This document shows, in pieces, positions 12,544-26,300 of a DNA stretch of 64,000 nucleotides (position 1 is the first letter of the stretch; each line of letters starts with the position of its first letter). Location of the stretch: NCBI RefSeq assembly GCF_022045235.1, contig NW_027266271.1:27900001-27964000 (forward strand). Reading direction: 5' to 3'. The notes below the pieces were generated by a model that was given only the letters and a program-made list of their open reading frames with translations, did no database searches and was not told the origin of the DNA. The DNA comes from Haliotis cracherodii (Eukaryota). The position numbers and the translations under genes are program-made.

Positions 12544-12817
12544 TGATCTGTATGAGAGACTGCAAAGTCGAAATATCAGCCTGAAGTTATCTGGATCATG
12601 TGGCGCTGTGAATGCAGAACATCTCAATAATGTGACTTGTGCCGATGCCAGAAGTGAGCCATCTCAGAAGTGAGGGTTATAAGGCTGTTGTAACACCAGC
12701 CGCTCATGCATCAGGAATTGTCCCCAAAATGACATAATCATGAGAAATCTCTACTAACAGGCATTGTCCACTGTACAATTCCACCTATTTTATGAGCAAG
12801 TGTTTATGAATCAAATA

Positions 12818-12947
12818 GGGGTGGTGGGGTTGTCTAGTGGTTAAAGTGTTTGCTCGTCACCCAAGGACCGAGGTTCGATTTCCCACATGGGTACAATGTG
12901 TGAAGCCCATTTCTGGTGTCCCCTGCCGTAATATTACTGGAATATTA
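12818..12947 (+). mobile_element. SINE family A, 3'-truncated
   Basis: Matches 3759-3890. Confidence 0.8.
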
Positions 12948-13604
12948 TCAATGGTCGACCTGATTATTTTCAAAGATGTATGTAAAAATAATTTTAACCC
13001 TTTTAGAAAAAACCCATCATGTTCACATTACATTTCATCACAAATGGATGTACACTTACTGTGAACTCATATTTGCCAAAAATTAACTTTAATTTTCTTA
13101 ATGATAAAAACCCGTTCTCAGTGGTATGGTTGATCGTTTGTTATATAACTCTATTGACCCACCAATGTCTTTAAACCATCTAAAATGTAGTTTGGTCAGA
13201 ACAGTAATCCAACCTTTAAATCGAGTCTTCAGAGCATGAAAATTGTTTAATGATCCTTCTTGAAATATATGATATGTATCCAATTTGGATCCTTTCCTTG
13301 GTCATTTTCTTAAACAAATAGGTCATGGGACTTCCCTTATGATAATAACATACACAAATCACTTTGTTCATTCCTGCATGACCTCAAAGCCCTGGTCTGG
13401 CATACCCTCGATTAAACGAGATCATTTCTGATTATTTTTATCACATGAATTTGCATATCTCTAGCAAATGTTAACTTCATATCAGAGATCAAATATCAGT
13501 ATATTAGATCTGTTTATATCTAGTCATCTCCATCAGTTTCCTCAATAGGGATGCACTAGACCCACACATGCTGCTGACACTGAGTTGTACGGCAATGTCA
13601 AAAT

Positions 13605-13810
13605 GTGCCTCTGTTCACCCAGCAGGGAATGGGTACCCGATATGTTAGGTGGATGTAAAAACCCTCTAGCACCCGTAGGCAGCTTGGGTTATATACTCCC
13701 CAGGGAGTTGAGAATGATAACTTGTATGCAAACAAATCCACTTGTCAGAGAACAAATAAAACCGCATTTGAGCAGATACTAGTACCTCGACACCTGCGGT
13801 ATATAAATAT
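13605..13810 (+). mobile_element. SINE fragment with Deu/Nin-like central motif
   Basis: CACCCAG..AATGGGTACC and CTCCCCAGGGAGTTGAG motifs. Confidence 0.5.
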
Positions 13811-14239
13811 GAAATATATGTAATATATGAACAGTAAACAGGATGAAAAGGAAATTGTGAAAGTAATTTTTACATTTTCCTCCATTTGAACTGTATGAAC
13901 AGAATATTATCCCTGTAGCACATGCTTTTCATAAGTGTTATCTATTGAGTTTTTAGCAATATCCTATCAAGATCATAGTGAGGAAACAGCCAGAAATTGG
14001 CTGCACACATTGTACCCATGTGCAGAATAGAACCCAGGTCTTGCAAGCCAGTGCTTTAACCACTTGGCAACCCCATTGCCCCTTATCCTAGGAAGAAACT
14101 GAGATATTGATAATTTGTTACAGAAAGTATTGTGTGCCAGAATATGCTTCTCTAGGGTATATATATGTATCGCTCTGGCACCAACACAAATCCATCAGTG
14201 AAATGACATTGCTCCATATGACAAGGATAACTTCTTTAG

Positions 14240-14530
14240 GGGGCCTCCTCTGCGGTGGAGTGGTAGAGCGTCCGCGCGGAGAGTGGGAGGGGGTTCAATC
14301 CCCGGCAGCACCATACCAAAAGATGTTAAAAGATGGTACTTGTTGTTACCCTGCCTTGTGCTCGGCATTAAGGGGCTAAAACAAGGACTGGTCGGGACGG
14401 AGTCAGTATACTGTGTCTGAGTGGGGTATTCATGTTAAACTGTGGAATGGTATCTCTGTGGGCTATAAAACTGGCATGAGTCCGCACTACTACAAGCAGC
14501 CACAAACATGTGACGTAAAACCTGATTTCT
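14240..14530 (+). mobile_element. SINE family D
   Basis: tRNA-like head (GGAGTGGTAGAGCG..GGTTCAATCCC); body shared with 40-352, 16482, 33093 and 49170. Confidence 0.85.
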
Positions 14531-14952
14531 TATAAACTCACTTTAACTTCGTTTGCGTGATATACATAAGATTCTTTTGTCCTTTTATTTCTAGAAGGCT
14601 GGTGTGGTAGCCTAGTTGTTCAAGTGTTTTCCATTCATGCTGCAGACCCGGGTTTGAATCCCCATATGGGTGCATGTGAAGACAAATTCTGTTGTCTCTT
14701 GCCATGTTATTGATGGAAAATTACTTGAAGTGATTAAAAAGTAACTCACTCATTCACTCACACAATATCAATCACTGGATTGTCTGGTCTACTCTCGATC
14801 ATTTACATGCTGGAACGTAGCTGAGTGGCATTAAAAAACAGACAGACAAATAAAAAACAAGTCAACCTAGCATAGAGCCTACAGTGATGGAGGAGAGAAA
14901 TGAAGAACCACAGAACACTGGTGGAGGTCAGCAGCTTTCCCTCTGGAACCTT

Positions 14953-15230
14953 GACCCGTGAAGATCTGGGTTAGAATTGATCTTCAGCAAACCATGTTTG
15001 TCATAACAGGATCAGGTGGTGAATTGGTTCATGCATGTCATTATATCCCAATTGCGTAGATTGATGCTCATGATGTCAATCACTGGATTGTCTGGTTGAT
15101 GCATGTCATCGTATCCGAATTGTGTAGATCGATGCTCATGATGTCAATCACTGGATTGTCCGGTCCAAACTTGATTATTTATAGACTGCTGTCATATAGC
15201 TGGAATATTGCTGAGTGAAAAAAACAAAAA
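14953..15230 (+). mobile_element. SINE-like family C with an internal tandem duplication
   Basis: ACCCGTGAAGATC head; segment ATGCATGTCAT...GATTGTCTGGT repeated. Confidence 0.8.
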
Positions 15231-16481
15231 CTCTGTAGTCCATGCATGTGTAGGAAATGTAAAAGTGCAGTAGCAACATCATTGCAACATGATGCAACAT
15301 CTTCACAACAGCATAGATCTGCGCCATCCTTGTACATAACCACGGGGTTATCCTCCTCCCAACCACAGCAGCCCCATGGGACTGGTTGCTTGATGATCCA
15401 TTGCCAGGTCACAGTGCCTTGTGGTATCTGTAAAATGTCAAATCACGCGGGGGAGATTTTTTCTATTCAATTTAATCATTTTAAAAGAGTCTTTTAAAAA
15501 TGATTTGATTTAGAAAATTGTTTTGCATTTGTGTGGCTTCAGAGGAGATATAACTGGACGATCTGGTTCTGTGTTTTATCACTTTGGGAATTAGATTTAT
15601 GCAAGAAAATGGACACGCTTGCATCAAATGTGCTGAAATCTGCCATAAAAAATATGGTCTCTGCATATTGCCTTTTTACGAAGGCCATAATTGTTTTTAC
15701 TCATGATTTCAGTAAATTAAATGTGTAGAAATTTCCAAACCTTTCTTTTGCCAAAAACTAACAGTGAGTTCAAATTCTAAAACTCATATAATTCTATAGA
15801 ATATTGTCATTTCAAATGTCATTCTTTTACATGAAAAAAAAGCTCCAGGATTCCCAAAAGTATTTTCCCAGATTTCCTGAAATATTTTTTGTGATATTCA
15901 ACCTTCAGAATTCAACACTAGGTATTCACAGGACAGCATGTTGGCATGTGCCCCTTGAATAACACATCTAATCATATTCTACTAAACAGCGACATGACAG
16001 TTTTACTGCATTTATCTCAAAGAATCGGGTGGTCCTTAACTTTTTTTAGTAGTATATTAAGATAAAACTCTGACAGGGCTCCAAAAATGATAGTAAAAAA
16101 TCAACTTTTTCATATATATGATAAATATGTCTTTTGCTGAGCAAAATGCTCATTTTAACTGCTAATGCATATACAATTGATTCAGACACAAAACAAATCT
16201 GAAATGTAATTTGTGATGAAAATGCTAAATTTGACTCTATTTGTCTTTTCATGTTTAAGAGCTGTTTGCGAATATATTGCTACCTGCATAACAAATCGTT
16301 GCAAAATATCTAAACTTAGGCAATATATTTTTATCTCTGCATGTATGCTCTGTAGTGCTGCAATATTATGCATACTTATGCTGAAACATTTGGGGGAGAG
16401 ATCCACAATCAGCTGCACAATTACTGATGTAGCTTTAAGCAATAAACACTCCATCACTGACACTGTCACAGGACCTGTAAG

Positions 16482-16712
16482 GAGAACCGCCTCCGTGGTC
16501 TAGTGGTAGAGTGTCCGCCTGGTGATCGGGAACCCTGGCCGCGTCATACCTAAAGACGTTAAAAGATGGTACTTGTAGTTTCCTGCCGGGCACTTGGCAT
16601 TAAGCGGCTACAACAAAGACTGGTCGGCTCAGAGTCAGTATACTGTGTCTGAGTGGGGTATTCATGTTAAACTACAGGATGCTAGTTAGGCTAGCACTAT
16701 ATAATCATCATC

Positions 16713-16777
<65 letters not shown>

Positions 16778-16780
16778 ACA
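16482..16780 (+). mobile_element. SINE family D with internal (CA)n expansion
   Basis: Family D body followed by (CA)n at about 16716-16775. Confidence 0.82.
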
Positions 16781-16925
16781 CGTAATTATATAAGTGCATG
16801 TCACATGTGTAAGGGGTCATGCCAATACAGCTGTTACAGCTCATATTTGGAAAAAATATTCAATAGGGATTACACATAATGATATTTTTTCAAATCTGTT
16901 ATTGGAAATATAGATTAGCAATAGA

Positions 16926-17070
16926 GTGAGTGAGTATGGTTTTACGCCACTTTTAGCTATATTCCAGCTGGAGACAACAGAAATGGGCTTCACAAATTGT
17001 ACCCATGTGGGGAATCGAACCTGGGTTTTCGGGGTGACAAGCGAACACTTTAACCACTACCCCACTACCC
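16926..17070 (-). mobile_element. SINE family A
   Basis: Reverse family A sequence; GCAATAGA on both flanks. Confidence 0.85.
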
Positions 17071-17231
17071 TGTTTGGCAATAGAAGGGTTAATGAGTGAT
17101 TGATTCTTGTTTAATGCGGCATCTGCAATCTTTCAGCTATTCACGCAAAAACAATAGAAGGACAAATTATAGAAACAGGCAATAATAACAATAGCTTATC
17201 ATGATTACACTGTATTTGTATTCTAGGGATC

Positions 17232-17790
17232 TGTACTGATGTCATGTGTTTATAGCCAGTGACAATTACACATTTGTATCAGACATTCTAATATTGTATC
17301 TGGAAGTCTGAGTTGTGCTGATGTCATGTGTTTATAGCCAGTGAAAATTACACATTTGTATCAGACATTCTAATATTGTATCTGGAAGTCTGGCTTGTAC
17401 TGATGTCATGTGTTTATAGCCAGTGACAATTACACATTTGTATCAGACATTCTAATATTGTGTATGGAAGTCTGGCTTGTACTGATGTCATGTGTTTATA
17501 GCCAGTGACAATTACATAGTGGAAGCAGACATTCTAATATTGTATCTGGAAGTCTGGCTTGTACTGATGTCATGTGTTTATAGCCAGTGACAATTACATA
17601 GTGGAAGCAGACATTCTAATATTGTATCTGGAAGTCTGGCTTGTACTGATGTCATGTGTTTATAGCCAGTGACAGTTACACATTTGTATCAGACATTCTA
17701 ATATTGTATCTGGAAGTCTGGCTTGTACTGATGTCATGTGTTTATAGCCAGTGACAATTACGCAGTGGAAGCAGACATTCTACAATTGGT
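17232..17790. repeat. 82-bp minisatellite, about 7 copies, two variants
   Basis: TGTACTGATGTCATGTGTTTATAGCCAGTG recurs at 82-bp spacing. Confidence 0.95.
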
Positions 17791-19076
17791 ATTCAAGGAA
17801 CTTGATGACCGAAACAAACCAATCAGTATGTGTTCCATTAGTGGGAGGGTTAACGCTGCTGACATTCCAGTGACAGGGTTTATAAGAGTGAAATGTAACA
17901 TGAAAATGTGTCTGATGTTGACAATGGTCATAATTGAAGACCAATAAGGGTATGGGTCGTCAGCCCTCTGCTGTCATTGTTGCCTGACAGTCTCTCACAT
18001 GGACTAACAGCGTTAGACCGCTTAAGGTGTTTTGGTTCGTCCCAGGAACTTGATTTGTCGCAGAAAGTTTGGCTCAGTGGCTAGTTAGTGTCAGTCAGGT
18101 GCAAGAAGAGTGATACAGAAGACGATCTAATTGCTTCATTCAATGAGAGGCTAGCCACCAAATTGCCTGAACTAGCATTAATTACCACGGACAATTGAAA
18201 CAAAATATTACCAATTACCAGTCAGACATATTTATTTCTTCAGCATGACAAATAAGACAGACAATTATTTGATTGCCATCTTGGACTATATGTGTATAGG
18301 AAAACCGTATTGTGAGTTCTCTGTTTGGATCAAAGAAAATATCTCTGAGGTTGATTTTGCACCTTAGTTAATTCAGAACATTGCTTAATACATGTTCAAA
18401 GAGATGGTTCAAGGAAAACAATAGCTTTATTGTCATGCAAATATTTGTTATATTTCATCATATAATTTTGGTGGTGCACCTGGTGGAATGTATATGGTAT
18501 GCCTCTCATTGGTTGCTCTGATGCATACTGCAGCATATCCTGGTGATGGTTGAAGTACACATAGGCAGTGGGGGTGTTAACAGATAGCAAGAACACTGAT
18601 GTTATAATACCGTTTGGTGTTGGCTGTAAAAGTGATCACCCACCCTGATTTTAGAGGCAGAAACTGAAGTGTGGATATGTAGATACCTCCCGCTTCCCCT
18701 CTCCTGTACCTGTTTCGCCCATCAGACGAGGGAGGGTGGTTGTTTCGTTTTGCGTCACAACCGCATCCTGGGTTGTTAGCCTGTCTTCTGTAGTGCTTGC
18801 TTCATGGAAACCTTGCGCAGTTTGGCACCTTCCTCGTCATCCGGCTTGTATCTATCTCATCATCCGGTGGGAGAAATTTGCTCAACTTCTGTGTTTACAA
18901 TCTGTTGATATATTGTATTGGGCTGTATATTTTTGTTTCTCCATAATTAGATACAAGTTAGTTTGTGACTGTTTCATGTCGGTAAACATGAAACAGTATC
19001 TATGCTGGATTAAGATTGATGTTCCCTCAAACTGTGTTATCTAGTTTTATTGTATCCAGTTGTTCAAACCATCAAC

Positions 19077-19670
19077 TAGGCCCTGAGTGAAATGTATTAC
19101 CTGGGTACCCGACCCCCCATTTCCTGACTCTACCCCGGTACCCCTGTAAGCCTTTTTTGGGTACAAAATGTCCAGTTGGGAATTGTTTTTCTGGGGCCCA
19201 GGCAACAACTACTTAGAAACATACATGTATCAAATGAACTTTTGCTGAAGCTTTAAGCTTTACTCAAACATACAAGTAAGAAAATAATGCAAACATTACC
19301 AACTTGTAGTGTTTGTAACCATGGAGTTTCATTGTCTTTAAACAAAATGTCACATGACTAACCATGGGTCCGGGTAGTCCTGTTGGTACCCAGGAATTTA
19401 TCAAACATTTAAAATTAAGTGTCCTTAGCAGGAACATTGGGAAAATATTGTAACATTTTGTTCAAAATTGGAATTTTTTACTGTTCACATATCAATAAAT
19501 TCGAAGGAAGTAAGAAATATTTAATTCAAATTGGGAATTTGTACTCTAGTTTGCTGCAGATTTTGGGGCCTGAATATCAGCCAAAAAGCTGGTGTAGATA
19601 AGCCCCTAGGCATATGAGACCTACTCAGGACCCACAGACCTGAGTGCCAAATTAAGTGATTCCAGCCCTC
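19077..19670. mobile_element. hAT-like MITE with an inserted segment (about 19391-19610), 8-bp TSD
   Basis: Homologous to 32598-32934; flanks CCATCAAC and CTATCAAC. Confidence 0.65.
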
Positions 19671-21204
19671 CTATCAACCACTGGTCTGTCTTGTCCAAGC
19701 TAGGATTATTTACATGTACATAGTACAAGTATGTCTGGAATATTCCTGATGGACACTTTGCTACCTTGCTTAATACAACGTGTGTCAGTCAGTACAGGAT
19801 GTATTTTTGTTCTAACGCAGTAGGTTTCACAACTATTTAGATGAATGCATGATAAAATTTCTTCTTTAATTTTAAGATCAATGATATGTTCAATTTTGGC
19901 AAGGAAAGTTGTTTCCTGTTAACTTTTCGTGAACTTCATTCATACTGTGTAATAGGATGAGAAACTTGACGTCATGTATGACATTTTCAGAATGTTTCAG
20001 TCCTGAGACTACACAACAACAACAATATGGAGTTTATCAGTGTAATATGCCTCCTAGTATGTTTGATTCAGCCGGCGCTGTGGTTGTTTGACGTGTGTAT
20101 TAATGTGGTGCATATGGGACTCAAACCAGTTGGCCTGACCGTGCACAACCTGGGGGTATACAGCTGACCATACCAGTGTAGAGTCATACCCTAGTATATT
20201 GCTGTATTTTTGCTATATTTGCTATTTTGGCTATATTTTGGCTATATTTGCTTAGCAATTGCTATTTTTGCTATATTTTTGCTATTTTTGCTAAGCAATT
20301 GCACAAGCAGCTGGTTGATCGGTTTTTAAAACGAGTTAACAATGCTTCGTTTCCGCTAACAGTTTTCTGACTTTATCTCGTTCGAGCTTGGTATGAATAA
20401 CATCATTTTCACGTAAACATTCCTCAAGTGAATCTCGGTTTTTGCAATGAAACAGGGCTACCCATTTGGTCTGCTCTGGAGCAACAAATCAAAACCCAAA
20501 TCGTATATATATATAGGGAGTCAAGCAGAGATATGTTACAGCAGAAAACCTATTCCCGTATTTTCAGGTGTCTACTATTATACACCTACAGTTTTGATGT
20601 TGGACCAGGTGTAAGTTAAGGATGTTTCTTGCATGACACTATCATTGTTATGGCTATCACCTCACTCATAGCGAGTAAACATTCATATCATTTTCATGGC
20701 TAGTTGCTTTTTATTCCCAATGGAATGTGTGTTAGCAGAGAGTGTTTATTGAAGTTTTGTATTTACATGCAATGTTTTGTTCACTGAGAAAAGCAATGGC
20801 AATGAAAATTAATCTTCACAAGAACACCTTCCTTGAAACCTTAGTAGTTTCCAAATGCTTCTACCACAACTGCCCTGTTATAAGATGGTAATATCGTTGT
20901 CTCCCAGACCCTAGGGAAAGATTTAGAAAGGAGTCCAACTCAAGTCTAGATTGCCTCAGCTCTCGTACCTGAAATTAAGGATTGTTCTGGGCTCCATTTG
21001 GATTTTATTATATATATTTTGTAGATATATATTGGTAAATAAGATAACTTTATTTCTCGGTCTAAATGTCAGTCTAGTAATATCTCTGAAGGGCTTCATA
21101 ATGATGCAAACAATATTTCATTTTTGTAAAGAAATCATCAATATATTTATGAAATTGAACTTCTCAAAACCGAAAGTCTACAAAGGAAAGATTTAACATG
21201 GACA

Positions 21205-21700
21205 ATATTGATGTGGAGATGGTACAGTGTTTGTTTCAAGTTTGCACATTGATGTTGAGATAGTACAGTGTTTGCTACAAGTTTCCATATTGATGTTGAG
21301 ATGGTACAGTGTTTGCTACAAGTTTCCACATTGATGTTGAGATGGTACAGTGTTTGTTTCAAGTTTCCACATTGATGTTAGATGGTACAATGTTTGCTAC
21401 AAGTTTCCACATTGATGTTGAGATGGTACAGTGTTTGCTACAAGTTTCCACATTGATGTTGAGATGGTACAGTGTTTGCTACAAGTTTCCACATTGATGT
21501 TGAGATGATACAGTGTTTGCTACAAGTTTCCACATTGATGTTGAGATGGTACAGTGTTTGTTTCAAGTTTCCACATTGATGTTGAGATGGTACAGTGTTT
21601 GCTACAAGTTTCCACATTGATGTTGAGATGGTACAGTGTTTGTTTCAAGTTTCCACATTGATGTTGAGATAGTACAGTGTTTGTGTCAAGTTTCCACAAT
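21205..21700. repeat. 41-bp minisatellite, about 12 copies
   Basis: Unit ACATTGATGTTGAGATGGTACAGTGTTTGCTACAAGTTTCC. Confidence 0.95.
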
Positions 21701-21713
21701 GTTGTTTTGAGTA

Positions 21714-21888
21714 TACAGTAAATTTCAGTTATAATGAATTCAAAGGGACTAATTATTTTTGTTCATTATAACTGTCCTTATAAGCGTTTCTACTAAAGGA
21801 TACCGCAAATGGCTGGGACCAAAAACAACAGTTTGTTATATCCATCACTTTGTTGTAAGCATGTTCGTTATAAACATAGAGTACTGTA
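21714..21888. mobile_element. pogo/Tigger-like MITE
   Basis: TA-CAGTA...TACTG-TA ends with GTTATAA subterminal motifs. Confidence 0.6.
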
Positions 21889-22581
21889 TAGCTTTACCCT
21901 CTTTAAGTATTGGAGATAATCATATAGCAGCGTGTAATATGTACCTGCCGTTCACAAGCCGTGAAGAAGTCTGACAAGAAATAACTCCCTCTTGGTGAAA
22001 GATAATGCCTCATTGGAGTAAAACTCTACTCACACAAGATATAGTTTTATAGCCAAGTCATGCATTGATTTCAAGTAGAGCATGGAGAAAAGATCCACCA
22101 GACGACTTGCAATCATGTGATGATTTAACTGTTAGTATTCCCATAATGTAATCTTTGTAAGTTTTCTTGGGTTGAAGGGGCATCAGCTTATCCACAGGGA
22201 GTGATTTAGTAATCTGCTTGATGTACAGTTCTTGAAAGACACTTCACTTGTCCAAGATTTAGTTTCATATATCTTGAGGCAGCATTGCTGTGAATTATTT
22301 GTCAAGGAATTGCAGTCGGAATATTGATACAAACGTTTTACTTGAATCAAAATACGCTTTATGTATGATTCATGACTTTTAGCCCTGAGGTGGTAATGGG
22401 TAGTTTTAAAATACATTTAAAGGCATTTATTGAAGGAAACAGTCAAGATCTGCTTGTCATATTACATCTATAAGTAATCTTCTTTAAATATGAGTATAAA
22501 TATATATTACTATTTTGTCCTTGTTTTCAAATGTATATTGAAAGTTTTTCAGGTATTTTCACGTTGTTTTATTCATTGCAG

Positions 22582-23305
22582 GTCCTTGGGGTGCATGTGA
22601 AAATGAGCGCTGCGGGTTTGGAGGAACACAGTATCGAGAAGTGTGGTGTCAGAGTGACAGAGGACACCCTGTACATTATTCCTATTGTGGATCGTTCCAC
22701 AAACCTTCAGAATTTGAAACTTGTTATAAAGACTGCAATGCAGAGAGTGTTATTCTGGACAAGAACTACGGTGAACGTGACTCTTGGTCACAAGCAGTTG
22801 ACGTTGTGTGGTCCGTATCTCCCTGGAGCACTTGCAAACTCTCCCCTGGGAGTAAAGTGTGTGGGAAATATAATGGAGTTCAAACACGAAAAGTTATCTG
22901 TGAACGTCGAGACAGCCATATTAAAGTTGAGGAGCACTTATGTCAAGTACATGAACGAAAACCAAACAGGACTCAACCATGTGAGTTGCTATGTAAGCAA
23001 GATTGTATAGTTTCTGTATATTCCAGTTGGAGTAAATGTGATTCAACATGTCGTATTCCAAATCGGTCAAAGACAAGACGGATTATTGTGCCTCCAAGAC
23101 ATGGGGGGAAACATTGTCAGGCATTTTCTATGATGTTGCCTTGTGAAAACTGCACTGAATCGTACTCATATTCCTTGGAACCCTGGGAACCCTGCCAGCC
23201 GTTCGAAAACACATTCAGGGAAAACGTGAAAACTCATCCTCTCATTGGATACCAAAAACGGGTGATCAACTGCCTCACCAGCAAAGGCACAATAACTAAA
23301 CTCAA
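22582..23305 (+). CDS. THSD7A: THSD7 exon A (724 nt, phase 1/2)
   Basis: ttgcag|GT CCT TGG ... CTC AA|gtgagt; [23 protein letters not shown]...[20 protein letters not shown] (ORF 22641..23309). Confidence 0.95.
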
Positions 23306-26300
23306 GTGAGTCTCATGTTTCATTTCTACATTCAACATACAATAAGAACATTTCTCTGAAAATCCAGGGTAGAATAGGTCTTCAGCCACCCATGATTGCC
23401 GTAAAAGAATACTGTGCTTGTCGTAAGAGGCGACTAATGGGATCGGGTGATCAGGCTTACTGACTTCGTTGATGCATGTCATCGTATCCCAATTGTCTGG
23501 ATCGATGCTCATGATGTCAGTCACTGGATTGGCTGGTCCAGACTTGATTATTTACAGACTGTCCACATGCAGCTGGAATATTGCTGATTGCGGCGTTAAA
23601 CAACAAACAAACAAACAAAAACAGGGTTCTATACCACTCAACATTTACTAAGAACCACACATTTGACTAAAGATGACTACTCTGGTCCTTAGCAAATGTT
23701 GAGTTATATGTCTGTGGATGTGAGTGTATGTTTTCATGGGTTCATTTCAGAACTGAGGAAATGTATGAGAAAGGCCCTTTTGGCCAGAACTACAAAATAT
23801 TGGTTTTTGGAAACGTGTTTTAGAATGTTCAGTGAAAGGGTTTCTAGGCCTGAACACTTCACATCCTGAACTTGCAACAGCATGAAGTTCTCAGGTATGA
23901 CTTCTGATGGTATTAGAGGGTTCAGAGATCCTACCAAGGCTTATTTCCTACAGATTTGTAGGTAACCATATAGAGTGCAAATGTCTGGGGACATTACAAA
24001 ATGTGCTGTAGATATTATCATGATTATACATTTGCTCCACCAGTTAGAAGGATTGCCACAATTAATTGCCAAATCTCTATACTTTATATTGTCTGCATCC
24101 ACAGCAAGTTTTCCATTGCTGTCATTAAGTTTCATAACAAATTTGAAAAGTTTCCCCCAAAATATCATGCGTTTGCTCTTGTTGGCAGGGCAGTTTCTGC
24201 GTGTAGATATCATGTGTTCTTGTTGGCAGGGCAGTTTCTGCGTGTAGATGTCATGTGTTTGTTCTTGTTGGCAGGGCAGTTTCTGCGTGTAGATGTCATG
24301 TGTTTGTTCTTGTTGGCAGGGCAGTTTCTGCGTGTAGATGTCATGTGTTTGTTCTTGTTGGCAGGGCAGTTTCTGCATGTAAATGTGTGTATGCTATATG
24401 TTGTGTTTCTTTCTGATTGTTACAGTACACAACAGATTACATGTTACACATTTCTTGAATCAGATAAATGTACTATGTGTTGTCTGGCAGTTTAATATTC
24501 TGCAGGAATTTAGAAAATGTAACGTATGTAACTCCGATTATACTGACAATGAAGACCACTTTCTGCTGGAATGTCCAACCTGTACCCACCTGAGACAAAT
24601 GTATCCAAGTCAAAGTAATATTAATACCCAAACTTACAGACGTTTGACTTACTGCTATTTAAGTCCAAATAAATAACTATTAACACAGCAAAATATTTTA
24701 CAATGAAAATGTGGAAAGATCCGATATCCTTAGTTTATGAGGGAATCTGAGAATATATCTATCACTCAATATGTGCTATATGTAATGTCCATGTGTTATT
24801 GCTTACATGTATGTCGTGCACACTGGTTTGTAATGCCATATGTATGTACACAAAGGCCCGTGGTCTATCCGTACTGAAATAAAACATTGAACTAGACAAT
24901 GTGACGGTACTTGCAGAGACCCAATAGCCATGTTGAATCTGTGTTTCCGGTGGTCAAATTTCATGTTCGAATATGTCCCAAGCACCTTATGTTAGAGTGG
25001 GGATTGGGTGGTCCGGCTATGTGACTTGGCTGATAAAGTGTTCTGTACCCAAATGGTTTGGCACATTGCTTATGTGTTCACTTGTAACCATGGTAACCAA
25101 TCCAGATGTAATTATTTTCAAGCTGTTGTGATGTAGTTGTAATATTTTGATGTCTGTGGTGTAGAGTGGTATTCAATCACTCAAGGTTGTAACTTCTACG
25201 GAAATAACTAGTTTGAAGACAATATGTCAGGTAAAACAACTCTATTGCCAGATTTATTGAGCTTTCAGACAAGATTTGTTTTTTTATCATGTATGTTCAG
25301 CTATGACCCTATACTGATTTGCCCCGTGTTTGTGGGAAAGTATGATGACTAATGGACGCCTGCTGGTTTATCCTCACTGATGGACATCCATAGGCACCAC
25401 AAGGTCTCCGAGCAGCCAATGAATGACATCACATACAGCAAACCCTGTCATATAATATTAATGCGCTCTGTCATGTCTCAACAAGATGAGAATAATATAA
25501 TGTAATGTAATCAGCAGAAACACTGAAGCCCAGACAAATGTACATTGTGATTCCGATGTTATTATCGTTGTGAAGATCCGGGTTAGAACTTGTTTTCTGT
25601 AACCCGTTCTTGTGGCAAGAGGTGACTAACAGGATCGGGTGGTCAGGCTCTCTGACTTGGTTGAAGCATGTCATCATATTCAATTTGCTTAGATCGATGC
25701 TCTTGATGTCAAACACAAGATTGTCTGATCCAGACTTTATTATTTACAGACTGCCATCATATAGCTGGAAGAGTGCTGAGGGCCGTGTTAAACAACAAAC
25801 AAACAAACAAATAAATGTAATGTCATGTGAATTCAAAGTGTAAAGAGAGGGATTATACTCCCATGGTGTACCGCCATGTCTAGCCTGTGATATCGCTTGT
25901 GTCAGGCATTCCCTCAGTGCAGTAGTGTAATCATTACCTGATAGATTGCTATCCTTCATCAACTCTGAGTCACAGACAAACAAAATGAGTTGTGAAGGAC
26001 TTCCTTGAATTCTGCTTGCAAGGACTACCACCTGACTAGAGTCTTGTTCCTGTTTAGTAAGGTTGGGCAGGAGGCCTTCACATAGTCTGTCTTACAGACC
26101 CTGATACAATTATATATCAAATACAGCCCATGCAAGTCTATTATGTTTGGCAAGTCTAGATTACTGCAGTATCTGAAAATGGAGAGTGTCACTGGGCTCC
26201 CTTTTATTATATTTTTATTAAGATAACTGAACAACTGTTTTTTCTGTACGATATGTTCATTTCAGAGACTAGATGTTAGTCTAGCCTTCACAGTCCGCTC

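Noticed and set aside
22531-23010. 159-aa ORF
   Set aside because: Shadow frame overlapping the true THSD7 exon A frame.
23941-24495. 145-164-aa ORFs with repeats
   Set aside because: Arise from the 45-bp minisatellite.
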